Notes under the pieces: generated by a model
Seen by the model: the letters and a program-made list of their open reading frames with translations, nothing else
Databases searched by the model: none
What the model was told of the DNA's origin: nothing
Source: a bacterium
GTDB taxonomy: Bacteria > J088 > JAWLBW01
Assembly: GCA_041690355.1 (NCBI GenBank)
Contig: JAWLHK010000007.1
Span: 183,122 to 238,196 of the forward strand
Reading direction: 5' to 3'
Length of the DNA stretch: 55,075 nucleotides
Translations under genes and position numbers: made by a program
Part shown: one piece after another, positions 1 to 9,915 of the stretch
Numbering within the stretch: position 1 is the first letter of the stretch
Layout of the letters: each line of letters opens with the position of its first letter

Positions 1-1245
1 AAGATCGCCGTCTACGACTTCGGCGGCGGCACGTTCGATATCTCGATTCTTGAGCTGAACGACGGCGTCTTCGAGGTGCTGTCGACCAACGGCGACACCT
101 ACCTGGGCGGCGACGACTTCGACCTGGCCATCGTGCTGCACCTGCTCGAAGTCTTTCAGGAGCAGCACGGCGCCGACCTGTCGAGCGACAAGATGGCGCT
201 GCAGCGGCTCAAGGAAGCCGGCGAGCGCGCCAAGATGGAGCTGTCGAGTGCGAAGGAGACCGACATCAGCCTTCCGTTCATCTCGGCCAACGAGTCGGGG
301 CCGCTGCATCTCAATCTGACGCTCACGCGCACCCAGCTCGAAGAGATGACGCGGGATCTCGTGCAGCGCAGCATCGATCCCTGCGTGCGCTCGCTGGCAG
401 ACGCGGGCCTCACGGTCAAGGACATCGACCAGGTCATCCTCGTCGGCGGCATGACCCGCATGCCGGCCGTGCGCCATGCCGTAAAGGAATTTTTCGGGAA
501 AGACCCCAACTCCGGCGTAAACCCCGACGAAGTGGTCGCTCTGGGCGCGGCCATTCAGGGCGCGATTCTGACCGGCGAGGTGCAGGACGTGCTGCTGCTC
601 GACGTCACGCCGCTTTCGCTCGGCGTCGAGACGGCCGGCGGGGTCTTCACGGCTATCATCCCCCGCAACACGACGGTCCCCTGCACGAAGAGCCAGATTT
701 TCAGCACGGCCCAGGACAATCAGGACATGGTCAACATCCACATCCTGCAGGGCGAACGCGAAATGGCCGCCGACAACCAGACGCTGGCCCGCTTTCAGCT
801 CGTCGGCATCCCGCCGGCGCCACGCGGCGTGCCCCAGATCGAGGTCACCTTCGACATCGACGCGAACGGTATCGTGCATGTCAGCGCGAAGGACCTCGGG
901 ACGGGCAAGGAGCAGCGCATCCGCATCACGGCGACGAGCGGCCTCAGCGAAAACGAAATCCAGCGCATCATTCAGGAAGCCGACGAGCATCGCGACGCCG
1001 ACCAGCAGCGCCGCCAGATCGTCGAGGCGCGCAACACGGCCGACGGCCTCGTCTACACGACCAGCCGCGCGCTCGAGGAGTACGGCAACCAGGTGTCGGT
1101 CGAGGTGCGCGAGCAGATCGACCTGGCGTTGTCCAAGGTGCGCCTGGAGCGCGAGGGGAACGATCTGCCCCGCCTGGAGCAGGCCATCGAGGAACTGCGA
1201 CAGGCGAGCTTCAAGATCTCCGAAGCGATCTACGGACAGAAGTAG
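1..1245 (+). CDS. dnaK: Molecular chaperone DnaK (Hsp70), 5'-truncated by the window edge
   Basis: Frame is open from base 1 ([82 protein letters not shown]). Directly upstream of dnaJ. Confidence 0.97.
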   Translation, partial: KIAVYDFGGGTFDISILELNDGVFEVLSTNGDTYLGGDDFDLAIVLHLLEVFQEQHGADLSSDKMALQRLKEAGERAKMELSSAKETDISLPFISANESGPLHLNLTLTRTQLEEMTRDLVQRSIDPCVRSLADAGLTVKDIDQVILVGGMTRMPAVRHAVKEFFGKDPNSGVNPDEVVALGAAIQGAILTGEVQDVLLLDVTPLSLGVETAGGVFTAIIPRNTTVPCTKSQIFSTAQDNQDMVNIHILQGEREMAADNQTLARFQLVGIPPAPRGVPQIEVTFDIDANGIVHVSAKDLGTGKEQRIRITATSGLSENEIQRIIQEADEHRDADQQRRQIVEARNTADGLVYTTSRALEEYGNQVSVEVREQIDLALSKVRLEREGNDLPRLEQAIEELRQASFKISEAIYGQK

Positions 1246-1274
1246 CCGCGAATTTCCGCTATAATGATTCCGAT

Positions 1275-1299
1275 GGAAGGCGACCGTGGGTCGCCTTCC
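1275..1299 (+). terminator. Hairpin between dnaK and dnaJ (weak terminator or processing site)
   Basis: GGAAGGCGACC-gtg-GGTCGCCTTCC, an 11-bp perfect stem with only a poor U-tract. Confidence 0.4.
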
Positions 1300-1415
1300 T
1301 CGTTTCCGCACCCCGGGGGCCTTGCCGGCGCCCCGGCCTGATTTTTTTCCCCGGACATGAATGCCGGGTCCGGCCGCGCCGGGCCCGCGGGCGTGACCGA
1401 CCGATCATGACGACG

Positions 1416-2585
1416 ATGAGCAAACGCGATTACTACGAAGTGCTCGGGGTTTCCCGAACCGCGAACGAAGATGAGCTGAAGAAGGCCTTCCGCAAGCTCG
1501 CGATTCAGTATCATCCCGACAGAAATCCCGACGACCCGGCGGCCGAAGAGAAGTTCAAGGAGCTCGGCGAGGCCTACGCCGTGCTGAGCGACGCCGAGAA
1601 GCGCGCCCGCTACGACCAGTTCGGCCACGCCTTCGAAGGGGCCGGCGGCGGCGGGTTCCAAGGGGGGTTCGAATACGGCAACTTCCAGGATCTCTTCTCG
1701 GAGATCTTCGGCGACTTCTTCGGCGGCGGCGGCCAGCGCGGCGGCGCAAGCCGGCGGCACCGCGGGCGCGATCTGCTGGCCGAGGTGACGCTCGATTTCA
1801 CCGAGGCGGTCTTCGGCACGAAGCAGGAGCTCTCAATCACGAGGGAAGAAGACTGCGACGTCTGCGAGGGTTCGGGCGCGAAGCCGGGCACGCAGCCGGT
1901 CACCTGCCCGACCTGCCGCGGCGCGGGCCAGGTGCGCGTCTCCCAGGGATTCTTCATGATGGCCCGCACCTGCCATGCCTGCGGCGGCGCCGGTCAGGTC
2001 ATTCAGACGCCGTGCGACACCTGCCGGGGCCGCGGCCGCCGCGCCGTCGAGCGCACCGTCAAGATCGACGTGCCCGCCGGGGTCGACGACGGCACCCGTC
2101 TGCGCCTGCGCGGCCAGGGCGAGGGGGGCGTTCGCGGGGGCCCGCCGGGTGACCTCTACGTGTCGCTCTCGGTGCGCCCGCACGACATCTTCGAGCGCGA
2201 CGGCGAAGACCTCCACTGCACGCTGCCGATCAGCTTCGCCCAGGCGGCCCTGGGAGACGAAGTGCGCGTGCCGACGCTCGAAGGTGACGGCCTGGAGCTG
2301 CGGATACCGGAGGGGACCCAGACGGGGTCGGCCTTCCACTTCCGCGGGCGGGGCGTGCCGCGCATCAGCACCGGCGCCCGCGGCGACCTGATCGTGACCG
2401 TGCAGGTCGAGACGCCGACCCGCCTGACCGAGCGCCAGCGTGAGGCCCTGCGCACGTTCGCCGAAGAAAACGGCGAAGACATCCACCCGCAGCGCAAGAG
2501 CTTCTTCGAGAAAGCGAAGGAACTCATCACCGAAAGCGTCGCGCCCGAACCAAAGGCCAAGCCGAAGCCGAAGAAAAAGAAGTAG
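1416..2585 (+). CDS. dnaJ: Chaperone DnaJ
   Basis: J-domain with HPD, G/F region, four CxxCxGxG repeats and C-terminal domain. Alternative start at 1407. Confidence 0.97.
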   Translation: MSKRDYYEVLGVSRTANEDELKKAFRKLAIQYHPDRNPDDPAAEEKFKELGEAYAVLSDAEKRARYDQFGHAFEGAGGGGFQGGFEYGNFQDLFSEIFGDFFGGGGQRGGASRRHRGRDLLAEVTLDFTEAVFGTKQELSITREEDCDVCEGSGAKPGTQPVTCPTCRGAGQVRVSQGFFMMARTCHACGGAGQVIQTPCDTCRGRGRRAVERTVKIDVPAGVDDGTRLRLRGQGEGGVRGGPPGDLYVSLSVRPHDIFERDGEDLHCTLPISFAQAALGDEVRVPTLEGDGLELRIPEGTQTGSAFHFRGRGVPRISTGARGDLIVTVQVETPTRLTERQREALRTFAEENGEDIHPQRKSFFEKAKELITESVAPEPKAKPKPKKKK

Positions 2586-2607
2586 CCGGATTCCGGGAAA
2601 ACAGAAA

Positions 2608-2635
2608 GGGGGGAACTTCCGAAGAAGTTCCCCCC
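2608..2635. terminator. Hairpin between convergent dnaJ and the ferritin-like gene
   Basis: GGGGGGAACTTC-cgaa-GAAGTTCCCCCC, a 12-bp stem, followed by TTTCTGTTTT on the minus strand. Confidence 0.7.
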
Positions 2636-2667
2636 GAGTACCCCTCAGAGAGAAAACCTGACCGTCC

Positions 2668-3213
2668 TTACATGTCTTCGAGCGCCATGCGCGGCTCGGG
2701 CGGCAGCCCGGCCGCCTGACGCAGCATCTCGATGTGGATGTTCTCTTCATCCGCCAGATCGAGCAGGATGGTGCGCAGCTTCTTGCCCCGCGCCTCCTGA
2801 CGCTGCTTGAGATAGAAGTCCCGATTTTCAACTTCGCGCGTCAGCACGAAATCGAGCACCGTCCGGTTGTCGTCGGGCAGCTTCGACAGCTGCACCTCGA
2901 CCGCCATTTCGGCCATCTGCCGGTCACCATCGAGGCGCTGCTGATCTTCGGCCGCCTCGGGGAGCTTGTCGTACCAGTCGCGGAAATACTCCAGCTGATA
3001 TTCCTCTTCGCGCGCGATGCGGCGGAAGAGCGACGAGACCGGGCCGTGCGTCTTCTGCGCGGCGAGCCGCAGCATCGAGATCGCCTGGTACTCGTGCTGC
3101 AGGGAACGGTGCAGAATCTCGGCGACCGTCGCCTTGGTCCGCCGGCGACGCCGCCGGGGGGTGCGCATCCCGTAACCCGCTTCGTTGCGATGTGTATCCA
3201 GCGCCGTCTGCAT
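2668..3213 (-). CDS. Ferritin-like / rubrerythrin-family protein
   Basis: Two helical repeats with E..ExxH-type motifs (REVENRDFY...LADEENIH). AGGAGG SD before the ATG at 3213. Confidence 0.7.
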   Translation of the reverse strand: MQTALDTHRNEAGYGMRTPRRRRRRTKATVAEILHRSLQHEYQAISMLRLAAQKTHGPVSSLFRRIAREEEYQLEYFRDWYDKLPEAAEDQQRLDGDRQMAEMAVEVQLSKLPDDNRTVLDFVLTREVENRDFYLKQRQEARGKKLRTILLDLADEENIHIEMLRQAAGLPPEPRMALEDM

Positions 3214-3271
3214 ATTATCCTCCTGCCCGTTTCCTTTTTCTGAAATTCTGTTTCGGTCTGCCAATACTCAA

Positions 3272-3288
3272 AGCAAGAACAATGCCAA
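3272..3288 (-). promoter_or_regulatory. Sigma-54 (-24/-12) promoter of the ferritin-like gene
   Basis: Minus strand TTGGCATTGTTCTTGCT has exact GG-N10-GC spacing, about 60 bp upstream of the ATG. Confidence 0.65.
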
Positions 3289-3397
3289 CCCCTGAACTGG
3301 ACCGTTCCGGTCGGCCATCCCCGTTTTCTCCCGGGCAGAAGAGCGCCCGGAAGTGTGCCAAGCCCCATCGGTCGTCGCAATCTGCATCGATTGCCTC

Positions 3398-3422
3398 AAT
3401 TAGTACCAATTCAGTGCTAATT
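3398..3422. promoter_or_regulatory. AT-rich palindrome (candidate enhancer/UAS or operator)
   Basis: AATTAGTAC-N7-GTGCTAATT with 1 mismatch. It also abuts a minus-strand TTGACC-N18-TATAGT at 3452-3423. Confidence 0.5.
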
Positions 3423-3545
3423 ACTATATCACGGCTCGCCTTCCAGGGTCAACCCCCTATCCGACCATAGTCGCCCTTTGAGCGTTTCAAGAATCAGGGA
3501 GGCCGCTTTTCCCCCTGGGGCGCTCCGCCGTCCCGATTCTCCCGG

Positions 3546-3582
3546 AAAAAAAGAAGAGGGCCGGCCCTGCGGCCGCCCCTCT
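3546..3582 (-). terminator. Rho-independent terminator of the acyl-CoA dehydrogenase gene
   Basis: GC-rich stem GAGGG(G/C)CGGCC...GGCCG(G/C)CCCTC followed by TTCTTTTTTT on the minus strand. Confidence 0.75.
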
Positions 3583-3608
3583 CGGAGTTCGGGAAGATGC
3601 TCGCGGGC

Positions 3609-4748
3609 TCAGAGGCCCATCTTCTTGGCGATGATGACCTTCATGATCTCGTTCGTGCCGGCGAAGATGCTCTGCACGCGGGCGTCGAGGTAGGCCTTCG
3701 CGATTGGATACTCGAGCATGTACCCGTAACCGCCGAAGAGCTGCAGGCAGCGGTTGACGACCTCGTTGAGCATGTCCGACGCCCACCACTTGCTCATGCA
3801 GGTCTCGGTGAGCACGTCCTTGCCCTCACAATGATCGTGCACGAGCCGATCGACGAAGTGGCGGGTGATCTCGACCTGGGTCGCCATCTCGGCCAGCTCG
3901 AACTGCGTGTTCTGGAACTTGCTGATCGGCTTGCCGAAGGCCTTGCGCTCCTGGCAGTACTTGATCGTCTGCTCGAGGGCAGACTCGGCGCCGGCCACGC
4001 ACCCGATGGCGACCACCAGACGCTCCTGCTGCAGCTTCTGCATGAGGTAGAAGAAGCCGGCCCCCTCGTCGCCGAGCATGTTGCTCGCGGGCACGCGGCA
4101 GTCTTCGAAGTGCATCTCCGACGTGTCCTGGGCGTGCATGCCGATCTTCTTGAGGCGCTTGCCGCGCGTGAAGCCGGCGCGATCGGCTTCGACGAGAAAG
4201 AGGCTCACCCCGGCGTGGGTCTGGGTGGGGTCGGTCTTGGCGGCGACGATGACGAGGTCGCAGATCTGGCCGTTCGAGATGAACGTCTTCGAGCCGTTCA
4301 GTACATAGTCGTCGCCGTCCTTGATGGCCGTCGTCTTGATGGCCGCCAGGTCGCTGCCCGTGTCCGGCTCGGTCATGGCGATGGCGAGAATGCACTCGCC
4401 GCTCACGGCCTTGGGAAGCCACTTCTTCTTCTGCTCTTCGCTGCCGAATGACGAGATGTACGGGGCCACGACGTCGCTGTGGAGCGTGAAGGCCAGGCCG
4501 CTCGCTCCGACGCGCGCCACCTCTTCGGTCACAATCGTGTTGTAGCGAAAATCGGCCCCCATGCCGCCGTATTCCTCTGAAACGTCGGGGCAGAGAAAGC
4601 CCAGCTCGCCGCCGCGGCGCCAGATCTCCTTGGGCACCTGGCCGGCTTCTTCCCACTGCTCGTGGAAGGGGACGATTTCTTTCTCGAGCCACTTGCGGAT
4701 CTGATCGCGGAACAGATCGTGATCTTTGCTGAAAAGGGTACGCTCCAT
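3609..4748 (-). CDS. Acyl-CoA dehydrogenase (long-chain/LCAD-like)
   Basis: AIAMTEPDTGSDL, LNGSKTFISNG, RKAFGKPI, LQLFGGYGYMLEYPI, IFAGTNEIMK. Start taken as MERTLF. Confidence 0.93.
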   Translation of the reverse strand: MERTLFSKDHDLFRDQIRKWLEKEIVPFHEQWEEAGQVPKEIWRRGGELGFLCPDVSEEYGGMGADFRYNTIVTEEVARVGASGLAFTLHSDVVAPYISSFGSEEQKKKWLPKAVSGECILAIAMTEPDTGSDLAAIKTTAIKDGDDYVLNGSKTFISNGQICDLVIVAAKTDPTQTHAGVSLFLVEADRAGFTRGKRLKKIGMHAQDTSEMHFEDCRVPASNMLGDEGAGFFYLMQKLQQERLVVAIGCVAGAESALEQTIKYCQERKAFGKPISKFQNTQFELAEMATQVEITRHFVDRLVHDHCEGKDVLTETCMSKWWASDMLNEVVNRCLQLFGGYGYMLEYPIAKAYLDARVQSIFAGTNEIMKVIIAKKMGL

Positions 4749-4937
4749 AATTGTGCTGACTCCGGGGGTAACGCGGTTTCGAATCAGGGTAGCCGGGGCC
4801 GTGCCGCAGTGCAAACCGATCGGTAGGCAGCCGCCGGGCCGGTCATGGCTCGCCGCACCCGGAACCGGAACGAAAAATCGCCGACCCGGGCGGGGCGGCG
4901 ATGTGTGATTTTCTCAACGTAACCTTGCTTGTCTCGT

Positions 4938-6464
4938 TCAGCTTTCGTCGGGGAGCGCCCCGCGGCCCGTAAGCGCGGTCTCGCCGGCCGGATCGGCAGC
5001 CGCCCCCGTGCGTTCGATCGTGACGAAGATGTGATCGAAGCGGCTCAGCGGAAGCGCATCCCGCGCATCCGTCGGTTCGTCTTCACGGCGGATTCCCTCG
5101 TCATCGACGCGGTACACGGCGCCCGGATCGCCCTGCGCGTTCACGACCGCCTCGTCGTCGACGGCGATTTCGAAGAGCCCGTTGGGCGCAGCGAGCCGGC
5201 CCAGCGAGAGAAAGCGCCAGCGCCCCTGCTCCTGCTCGCCGGCGAGCCAGATGTGGTACTCCTCGCCCGGGGCCGGCGCCGGCAGGCCGGTCGTGCGCAG
5301 CAGAAGACGCGTACCGCCGTCGTCTCCCGTAGTGACACTGAGGCGCCCCGCGGCGTCTTCGACGTCAAAGGGAACCGTCATGCCCGCGAGCGGGGCCGCG
5401 CAGGGGCTCAGGCGGAACCACGTCTGCTCTCCCTGCGTGCCGTCGGGCACGGGGACGGGATCTTCACTGACGTCGTCGCCGTCTTCGCCATCGTCGTCAC
5501 CGTTGTCTCCGTCATCCGCCCTGTCGTCGTCAGAGACGTCGTCGCCGCCTCCGGCCGGGGGCGGGCCGCCGCCGTTGCCGGTCGAGAAGGCGCCGTCGCC
5601 GCCGCACTCAGCCCGGGCCCCGAAGACGAAGTCCATGCGATCACCTTCGTGGCTGCCGAAGGCGACAACCGCCTTTTCACCGTTGGGGATCGTCTGCGTC
5701 ACCGCCAGATCGGCCCACCAGAGATCGTCTTCGTAGTAGGCGTTGCGCGTCACCTGCATGTACTGCCCGCCTTCGACCACGGTCGCGGTCGGCGTGCCGT
5801 CGACCAGGCGCGGATTCGTCTGCAGCCGGACCGTATTGCCGCCGCAGGTGTAGCTGTAAATCGTGAGCCGCTGCGGCGCCGGCTGCTCCATGGCCGGGAC
5901 GCCGCAGCCGCCGCCGGGGGAGATGTTCACCCAGATGCGGCGGAAGAAGGCGACCGGATCGTTGGGGTTCGGATTGTCGGTCTGGACGATGAGGGCGATC
6001 CGGACGTTGCGCTGCGCCGACGCGAATGCGGGGAGCAGATCGACAGTGAAGCGCACCGGAACGGTTTCACCGATCCCGACGTCGTTGCCCATCGGCTCGA
6101 TGTGATGGCCCCCCGCGTACTCGTGCCCGAAGTAGTAGAGCACCGTGAACCAGAGGTTCTCGCCCACCGTGTGCCCCGAGGCGTTGTGCACGGCCAGGTT
6201 CAGCGTGTGCGTGCCCGGACACAGGCTCACGTTGACTTCATCCTGCGTCCAGTCGAGGTTCAGGTCCGAGACCCCGCCGTCGTGATCGGCCGGCAGCACC
6301 CCGACGGTGTCGAGTCGCGAGGCGAGATCGGCGGCGGCGCACAGGTCTCCTTGCGGCACAACGTTCTCGGCCACCTCGTCATCGCTCTCTCCGCAGGCGC
6401 CAAGCATCGCCATCGCCGTCAGTGCGGAGCCCGCGAACAGCGGGCGTAGATTTTTCAAGCGCAT
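4938..6464 (-). CDS. Hypothetical lipoprotein with acidic linker and anti-sigma-K (RskA-C)-like C-terminal domain
   Basis: GGAGG SD; lipobox MLGA-C; D/G-rich linker; C-terminal YHIWL...FDHIFVTIE...DP motif. Confidence 0.55.
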   Translation of the reverse strand: MRLKNLRPLFAGSALTAMAMLGACGESDDEVAENVVPQGDLCAAADLASRLDTVGVLPADHDGGVSDLNLDWTQDEVNVSLCPGTHTLNLAVHNASGHTVGENLWFTVLYYFGHEYAGGHHIEPMGNDVGIGETVPVRFTVDLLPAFASAQRNVRIALIVQTDNPNPNDPVAFFRRIWVNISPGGGCGVPAMEQPAPQRLTIYSYTCGGNTVRLQTNPRLVDGTPTATVVEGGQYMQVTRNAYYEDDLWWADLAVTQTIPNGEKAVVAFGSHEGDRMDFVFGARAECGGDGAFSTGNGGGPPPAGGGDDVSDDDRADDGDNGDDDGEDGDDVSEDPVPVPDGTQGEQTWFRLSPCAAPLAGMTVPFDVEDAAGRLSVTTGDDGGTRLLLRTTGLPAPAPGEEYHIWLAGEQEQGRWRFLSLGRLAAPNGLFEIAVDDEAVVNAQGDPGAVYRVDDEGIRREDEPTDARDALPLSRFDHIFVTIERTGAAADPAGETALTGRGALPDES

Positions 6465-6695
6465 CGTTACCCTCCGCCAGGTCGGGCGCTCGACGCGGGC
6501 TGCGCCGCCGTCTCCGACTTCGTTCAGTGCCACCGTATCATTGCGTGCCCGGCTGACTGAACGACGGGGGCCCGCGCCGTCACGACTCCACGGCGAGGGG
6601 CGTCAAGCCCCCGAAGCCGACCCGGCGAGCCCGCGCTTGCACGTACGGCCGCGACCTGCATTGCCATGCCGCCCGATGCGCAGTACTGTGTGGGC

Positions 6696-7199
6696 ATGGA
6701 GTGGAACGTTGAAACGGCGACGCTGAAGGTCGCCATCCGGACCGAGGGGGCCCTCGCTTTTCTGGGGCACGACCGCAGCTTCACCGTGCCGGTGACCGTA
6801 CGCCTGTCGGGCGGGCCCGACGAGGTGAGCGTCGATCTCGAAGGCAATCTGACGAAGGTCGAGCTGGAGGGTGACGTGTCGGAGAAGGATCGCAAAGAGA
6901 TCCTGGCGCGCACCCACAAGGACGTGCTGGAGACACGCCGCTACCCGACATGCCGGTTCACCGGGATTCTGCGTCTGGCCGAATCAACCCTGCGCGGGCG
7001 GCTGCAGCTGCATGGCCGCGAGACGGCCCTCGATCTGCCGGTGCGGCTCGGCGAGCAGGCGGGCGCCCGGACAGGCGAAGGGGAGATCGAGCTGGATCTC
7101 CAGGCGTTCGGCATCAAGCCGTTCAAGGCGCTGCTCGGTCAGCTGCGCGTGAAGAGCGACGTGCAGGTCGGTTACCGGGTCGTGGCCCGGCCGGCCTGA
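6696..7199 (+). CDS. YceI-family protein
   Basis: GALAFLGHD, VLETRRYP, GRLQLHG, FGIKPFKALLGQLRVKSDV. TTGCCA-N17-TACTGT ends 6 nt before the ATG. Confidence 0.7.
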   Translation: MEWNVETATLKVAIRTEGALAFLGHDRSFTVPVTVRLSGGPDEVSVDLEGNLTKVELEGDVSEKDRKEILARTHKDVLETRRYPTCRFTGILRLAESTLRGRLQLHGRETALDLPVRLGEQAGARTGEGEIELDLQAFGIKPFKALLGQLRVKSDVQVGYRVVARPA

Positions 7200-7214
7200 G
7201 CGCCGGCCCCGGGG

Positions 7215-7715
7215 TCAGCGGAAAATCGAGACCGTAATCACGGGATACCACTGGATCAGATCCCCTTCGCGCCGCCAGGGCTCGAAGTCGCTGATCGTCC
7301 CCTGCGCGTAGAACTCGGGGGGAACCTCGCGCATGTTCAGGCTGTTCGGGATGCGCACGATGACGTTGACGTCGCCCTGTTCACCGATGCGGGTCGTCGC
7401 GATCATGTCCCTGTAGGATTTCGTGTCGCGCACGACGTCGCCCGGCTTGGCCTGGATGGCCACCGACTTTCCGAGCACCTCGTCCATGGCCGACCGATCG
7501 CCCGACCGCGCGGCCCGCACGGCCCGCTCGGCGACGTCGTCGGCGGGCGGGACGGCCGCGTCTTTCGGCGTTTCGGCCTCGGGCGCGGCTTGCGGCGCGG
7601 CTGCGGGCGGTTTTGACTGCCGGTCCTGCGCAGGGGCTTCCTGCGCTGCAAGGGGCGCCGCCCAAACGAAGGCGAGCACCAGTACAAATCCGGATCGAAT
7701 CAAGGCATTACGCAT
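7215..7715 (-). CDS. Hypothetical secreted protein
   Basis: Signal peptide (WAAPLAA-Q), Ala/Pro linker, GGAGGGG SD. Confidence 0.6.
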   Translation of the reverse strand: MRNALIRSGFVLVLAFVWAAPLAAQEAPAQDRQSKPPAAAPQAAPEAETPKDAAVPPADDVAERAVRAARSGDRSAMDEVLGKSVAIQAKPGDVVRDTKSYRDMIATTRIGEQGDVNVIVRIPNSLNMREVPPEFYAQGTISDFEPWRREGDLIQWYPVITVSIFR

Positions 7716-7845
7716 GTCATCCCCTCCTCCGAGGCACTTCTGCCCCGCGCGGTCCGTTCATGGTCTACCGGTACGGGGAGGACGTCAAGCGGAAATGGTC
7801 CCCGGTTCGCCCCCGGCCCGAAGAGCGCACTTCCGTATCTCGGGG

Positions 7846-7876
7846 AAAGAAAACGGCCGGGCGAACCCGGCCGTTT
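7846..7876 (-). terminator. Terminator of ccr
   Basis: AAACGGCCGGG-TTCG-CCCGGCCGTTT stem followed by TCTTT on the minus strand. Confidence 0.65.
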
Positions 7877-7898
7877 CCGCTTCGATTTCCGCCGGACG

Positions 7899-9152
7899 TC
7901 AGGGAACGTCCTTGAGTCCCGGCTTCGGCGACCCGACGAGGCAGGCCATGTTGCCGTGCGGATGCTTGTTCTCGTACATGAGCTGGTGGGCGTCGGCAAT
8001 GCCTTCGAACGTGAACGTCTTCGACAGGCAGGGATCGACCTTGCCGGCGATGACGAGGTCGTTCAGCGCCTTGCACTGCGCGTCGTTCGCGAAGTGCGAC
8101 CCCTGGAAGCGCTTCTGGCGCATCCACAGGTAGCGCAGGTCGATGGTCGCGTTGTAGCCGGTCGTGCCGGCGCAGATAACGACCATGCCGCCGTTGTCGG
8201 CCACGAAGGTCGAGGTCGGCACCGTCGTCTCGCCCGGATGCTCGAAAACGATGCGCGGGTTGCGTTTTTCGCCGAGAGCGTCCCAGATGGCCTTGCCGAA
8301 GGCACGGGCCCCCTTGAGCCACGTGTTGTAGGCTTCGGTATCCTTCCAGTGCGGGAGCATGCCCCAGTGGTCGAAATCCTTGCGGTTGATGACCCCGACG
8401 GCGCCGAGGTTCTTGCAGTAGTCGATCTTGTCTTCGCTCGACACCACCGCGATGGCCTTGCCCCCCATGGCCTTGACGATCTGGATGGCCTGGGTGCCGA
8501 GGCCGCCGGCGCCGCCCCAGATGAGCACGACGTCGTCTTTTTCGACCGTGTGCGGCGCCCAGCCCATGAGCATGCGGTAGGCCGTCGCGCCCACGAGCAT
8601 ATAGGCGGCGGCTTCTTCCCACGTCAGGTGCGCGGGCTTCGGGAGCAGCTGATGATCCTGAACCTTGGTGAACTGCGCGAAGCTGCCGAAGTTCGTCTCG
8701 TAGCCCCAGATCTTGTTCGAGGCGGCCAGAATCGGATCCTTGCCGGCCTTGACCCAGGGGTCGTTACGATCCCACGAGCCGCAATGGGCGACGACGTGGT
8801 CGCCGACCTTGACGTTCTTCACGTCGGCGCCGACGGCGTAGACGATGCCCGAGGCGTCGCTGCCGCCGATGTGGAACGGATACGGATCGCCGGCCTTCAT
8901 GCGCGCGCCGATGACGTCGACGGGAATGCCGAGCGCGGCCCAGACGTTGTTGTAGTTGACCCCCGCGGCCATGACGTAAACGAGCACTTCATCCGGGGCC
9001 AGCGTCGGCGTTTCGATCTGTTCGACCTGAAAGGCCTTCGTGGGTATGCCGAAGCGATCCTGGCGGATCACCTGGGCGTACATCTTCTTCGGCACGGTAC
9101 CGATGGGCGGCATTTCGCCGATTTCGTAAATTTCCTTCACGGCAGTCGACAT
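7899..9152 (-). CDS. ccr: Crotonyl-CoA carboxylase/reductase
   Basis: [61 protein letters not shown]. The Asn/aromatic/Glu/His CO2-site motifs of enoyl-CoA carboxylases/reductases are present. Confidence 0.93.
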   Translation of the reverse strand: MSTAVKEIYEIGEMPPIGTVPKKMYAQVIRQDRFGIPTKAFQVEQIETPTLAPDEVLVYVMAAGVNYNNVWAALGIPVDVIGARMKAGDPYPFHIGGSDASGIVYAVGADVKNVKVGDHVVAHCGSWDRNDPWVKAGKDPILAASNKIWGYETNFGSFAQFTKVQDHQLLPKPAHLTWEEAAAYMLVGATAYRMLMGWAPHTVEKDDVVLIWGGAGGLGTQAIQIVKAMGGKAIAVVSSEDKIDYCKNLGAVGVINRKDFDHWGMLPHWKDTEAYNTWLKGARAFGKAIWDALGEKRNPRIVFEHPGETTVPTSTFVADNGGMVVICAGTTGYNATIDLRYLWMRQKRFQGSHFANDAQCKALNDLVIAGKVDPCLSKTFTFEGIADAHQLMYENKHPHGNMACLVGSPKPGLKDVP

Positions 9153-9301
9153 GCTTGGTTTCCCTATACTATGCGGATGATCGCTTCGATGCCGGTCGCC
9201 CGGCAGACAAAACGTTTATTATACATGTCGCCGGGGGCGCTGGCCACGCAGAGAGCGCCTTCGATTTTGTGCTTCGGGGGCGGCTTTGCTACCTTGTCTG
9301 C

Positions 9302-9877
9302 GTGCTGCACCTGCTGACCCCCTCCCGCATCGACTGGCTTCCCGTCGCGCTGGCCGATCTGTCCACGCTGCTGCTCGATCACGCCCATTGCGAGATGAAG
9401 GCGGCCGCCAGCGCGCGCAGTTTCGCCGCCCGCTATCCCGAGTCGGCCGGGTTCGTCGCCGATATGCAGGCCCTCGAGGCCGAAGAGCAGGGGCATTACG
9501 ACGCCGTGCGCGCGATCATGGATGAACGCGGGATCGCCTGGCGCCCCGCCGACAAGGACGCCTACGTCGTGCACCTGCTGAAGGAAGTCCGTTCGGTGCC
9601 GGCCCTGCGCCGTCTCGATCGGCTGCTCATCGCCGCCATCATCGAAGCCCGCTCCTGCGAACGCCTCGGCATGCTCTCCGAGACCCTGGAGGATGCGGAA
9701 CTGCGCCGGTTCTACCGGGAACTCTTCGAGGCCGAAGCCCGCCACCACGGTCTGTTCCTGGAGTGGGCGCGCCACTTCGCCGGACGCGCCGAGGCCGATG
9801 CCCGCCTCGCCCACCTGGTCGGCCACGAGGCGGTCTTCATCGTGAACCGGAGCCCGACCGCGCACGTGCACGGCTGA
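9302..9877 (+). CDS. miaE: tRNA-(ms2io6A37) hydroxylase MiaE family
   Basis: LLDHAHCEMKAA, EEQGHY, LLIAAIIEARSCERL, FYRELFEAEARHH, C-terminal VHG. GTG start 6 nt after TACCTT. Confidence 0.85.
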   Translation: MLHLLTPSRIDWLPVALADLSTLLLDHAHCEMKAAASARSFAARYPESAGFVADMQALEAEEQGHYDAVRAIMDERGIAWRPADKDAYVVHLLKEVRSVPALRRLDRLLIAAIIEARSCERLGMLSETLEDAELRRFYRELFEAEARHHGLFLEWARHFAGRAEADARLAHLVGHEAVFIVNRSPTAHVHG

Positions 9878-9915
9878 CCGCTTCGGACCGCGCCCGACCG
9901 ACGGGCCCGAGGGGG

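Noticed and set aside
3398-3422. CIRCE (HrcA) element near dnaK/dnaJ
   Set aside because: Only the right half resembles GAGTGCTAA. The spacing does not fit TTAGCACTC-N9-GAGTGCTAA, and it is not upstream of the chaperone genes.
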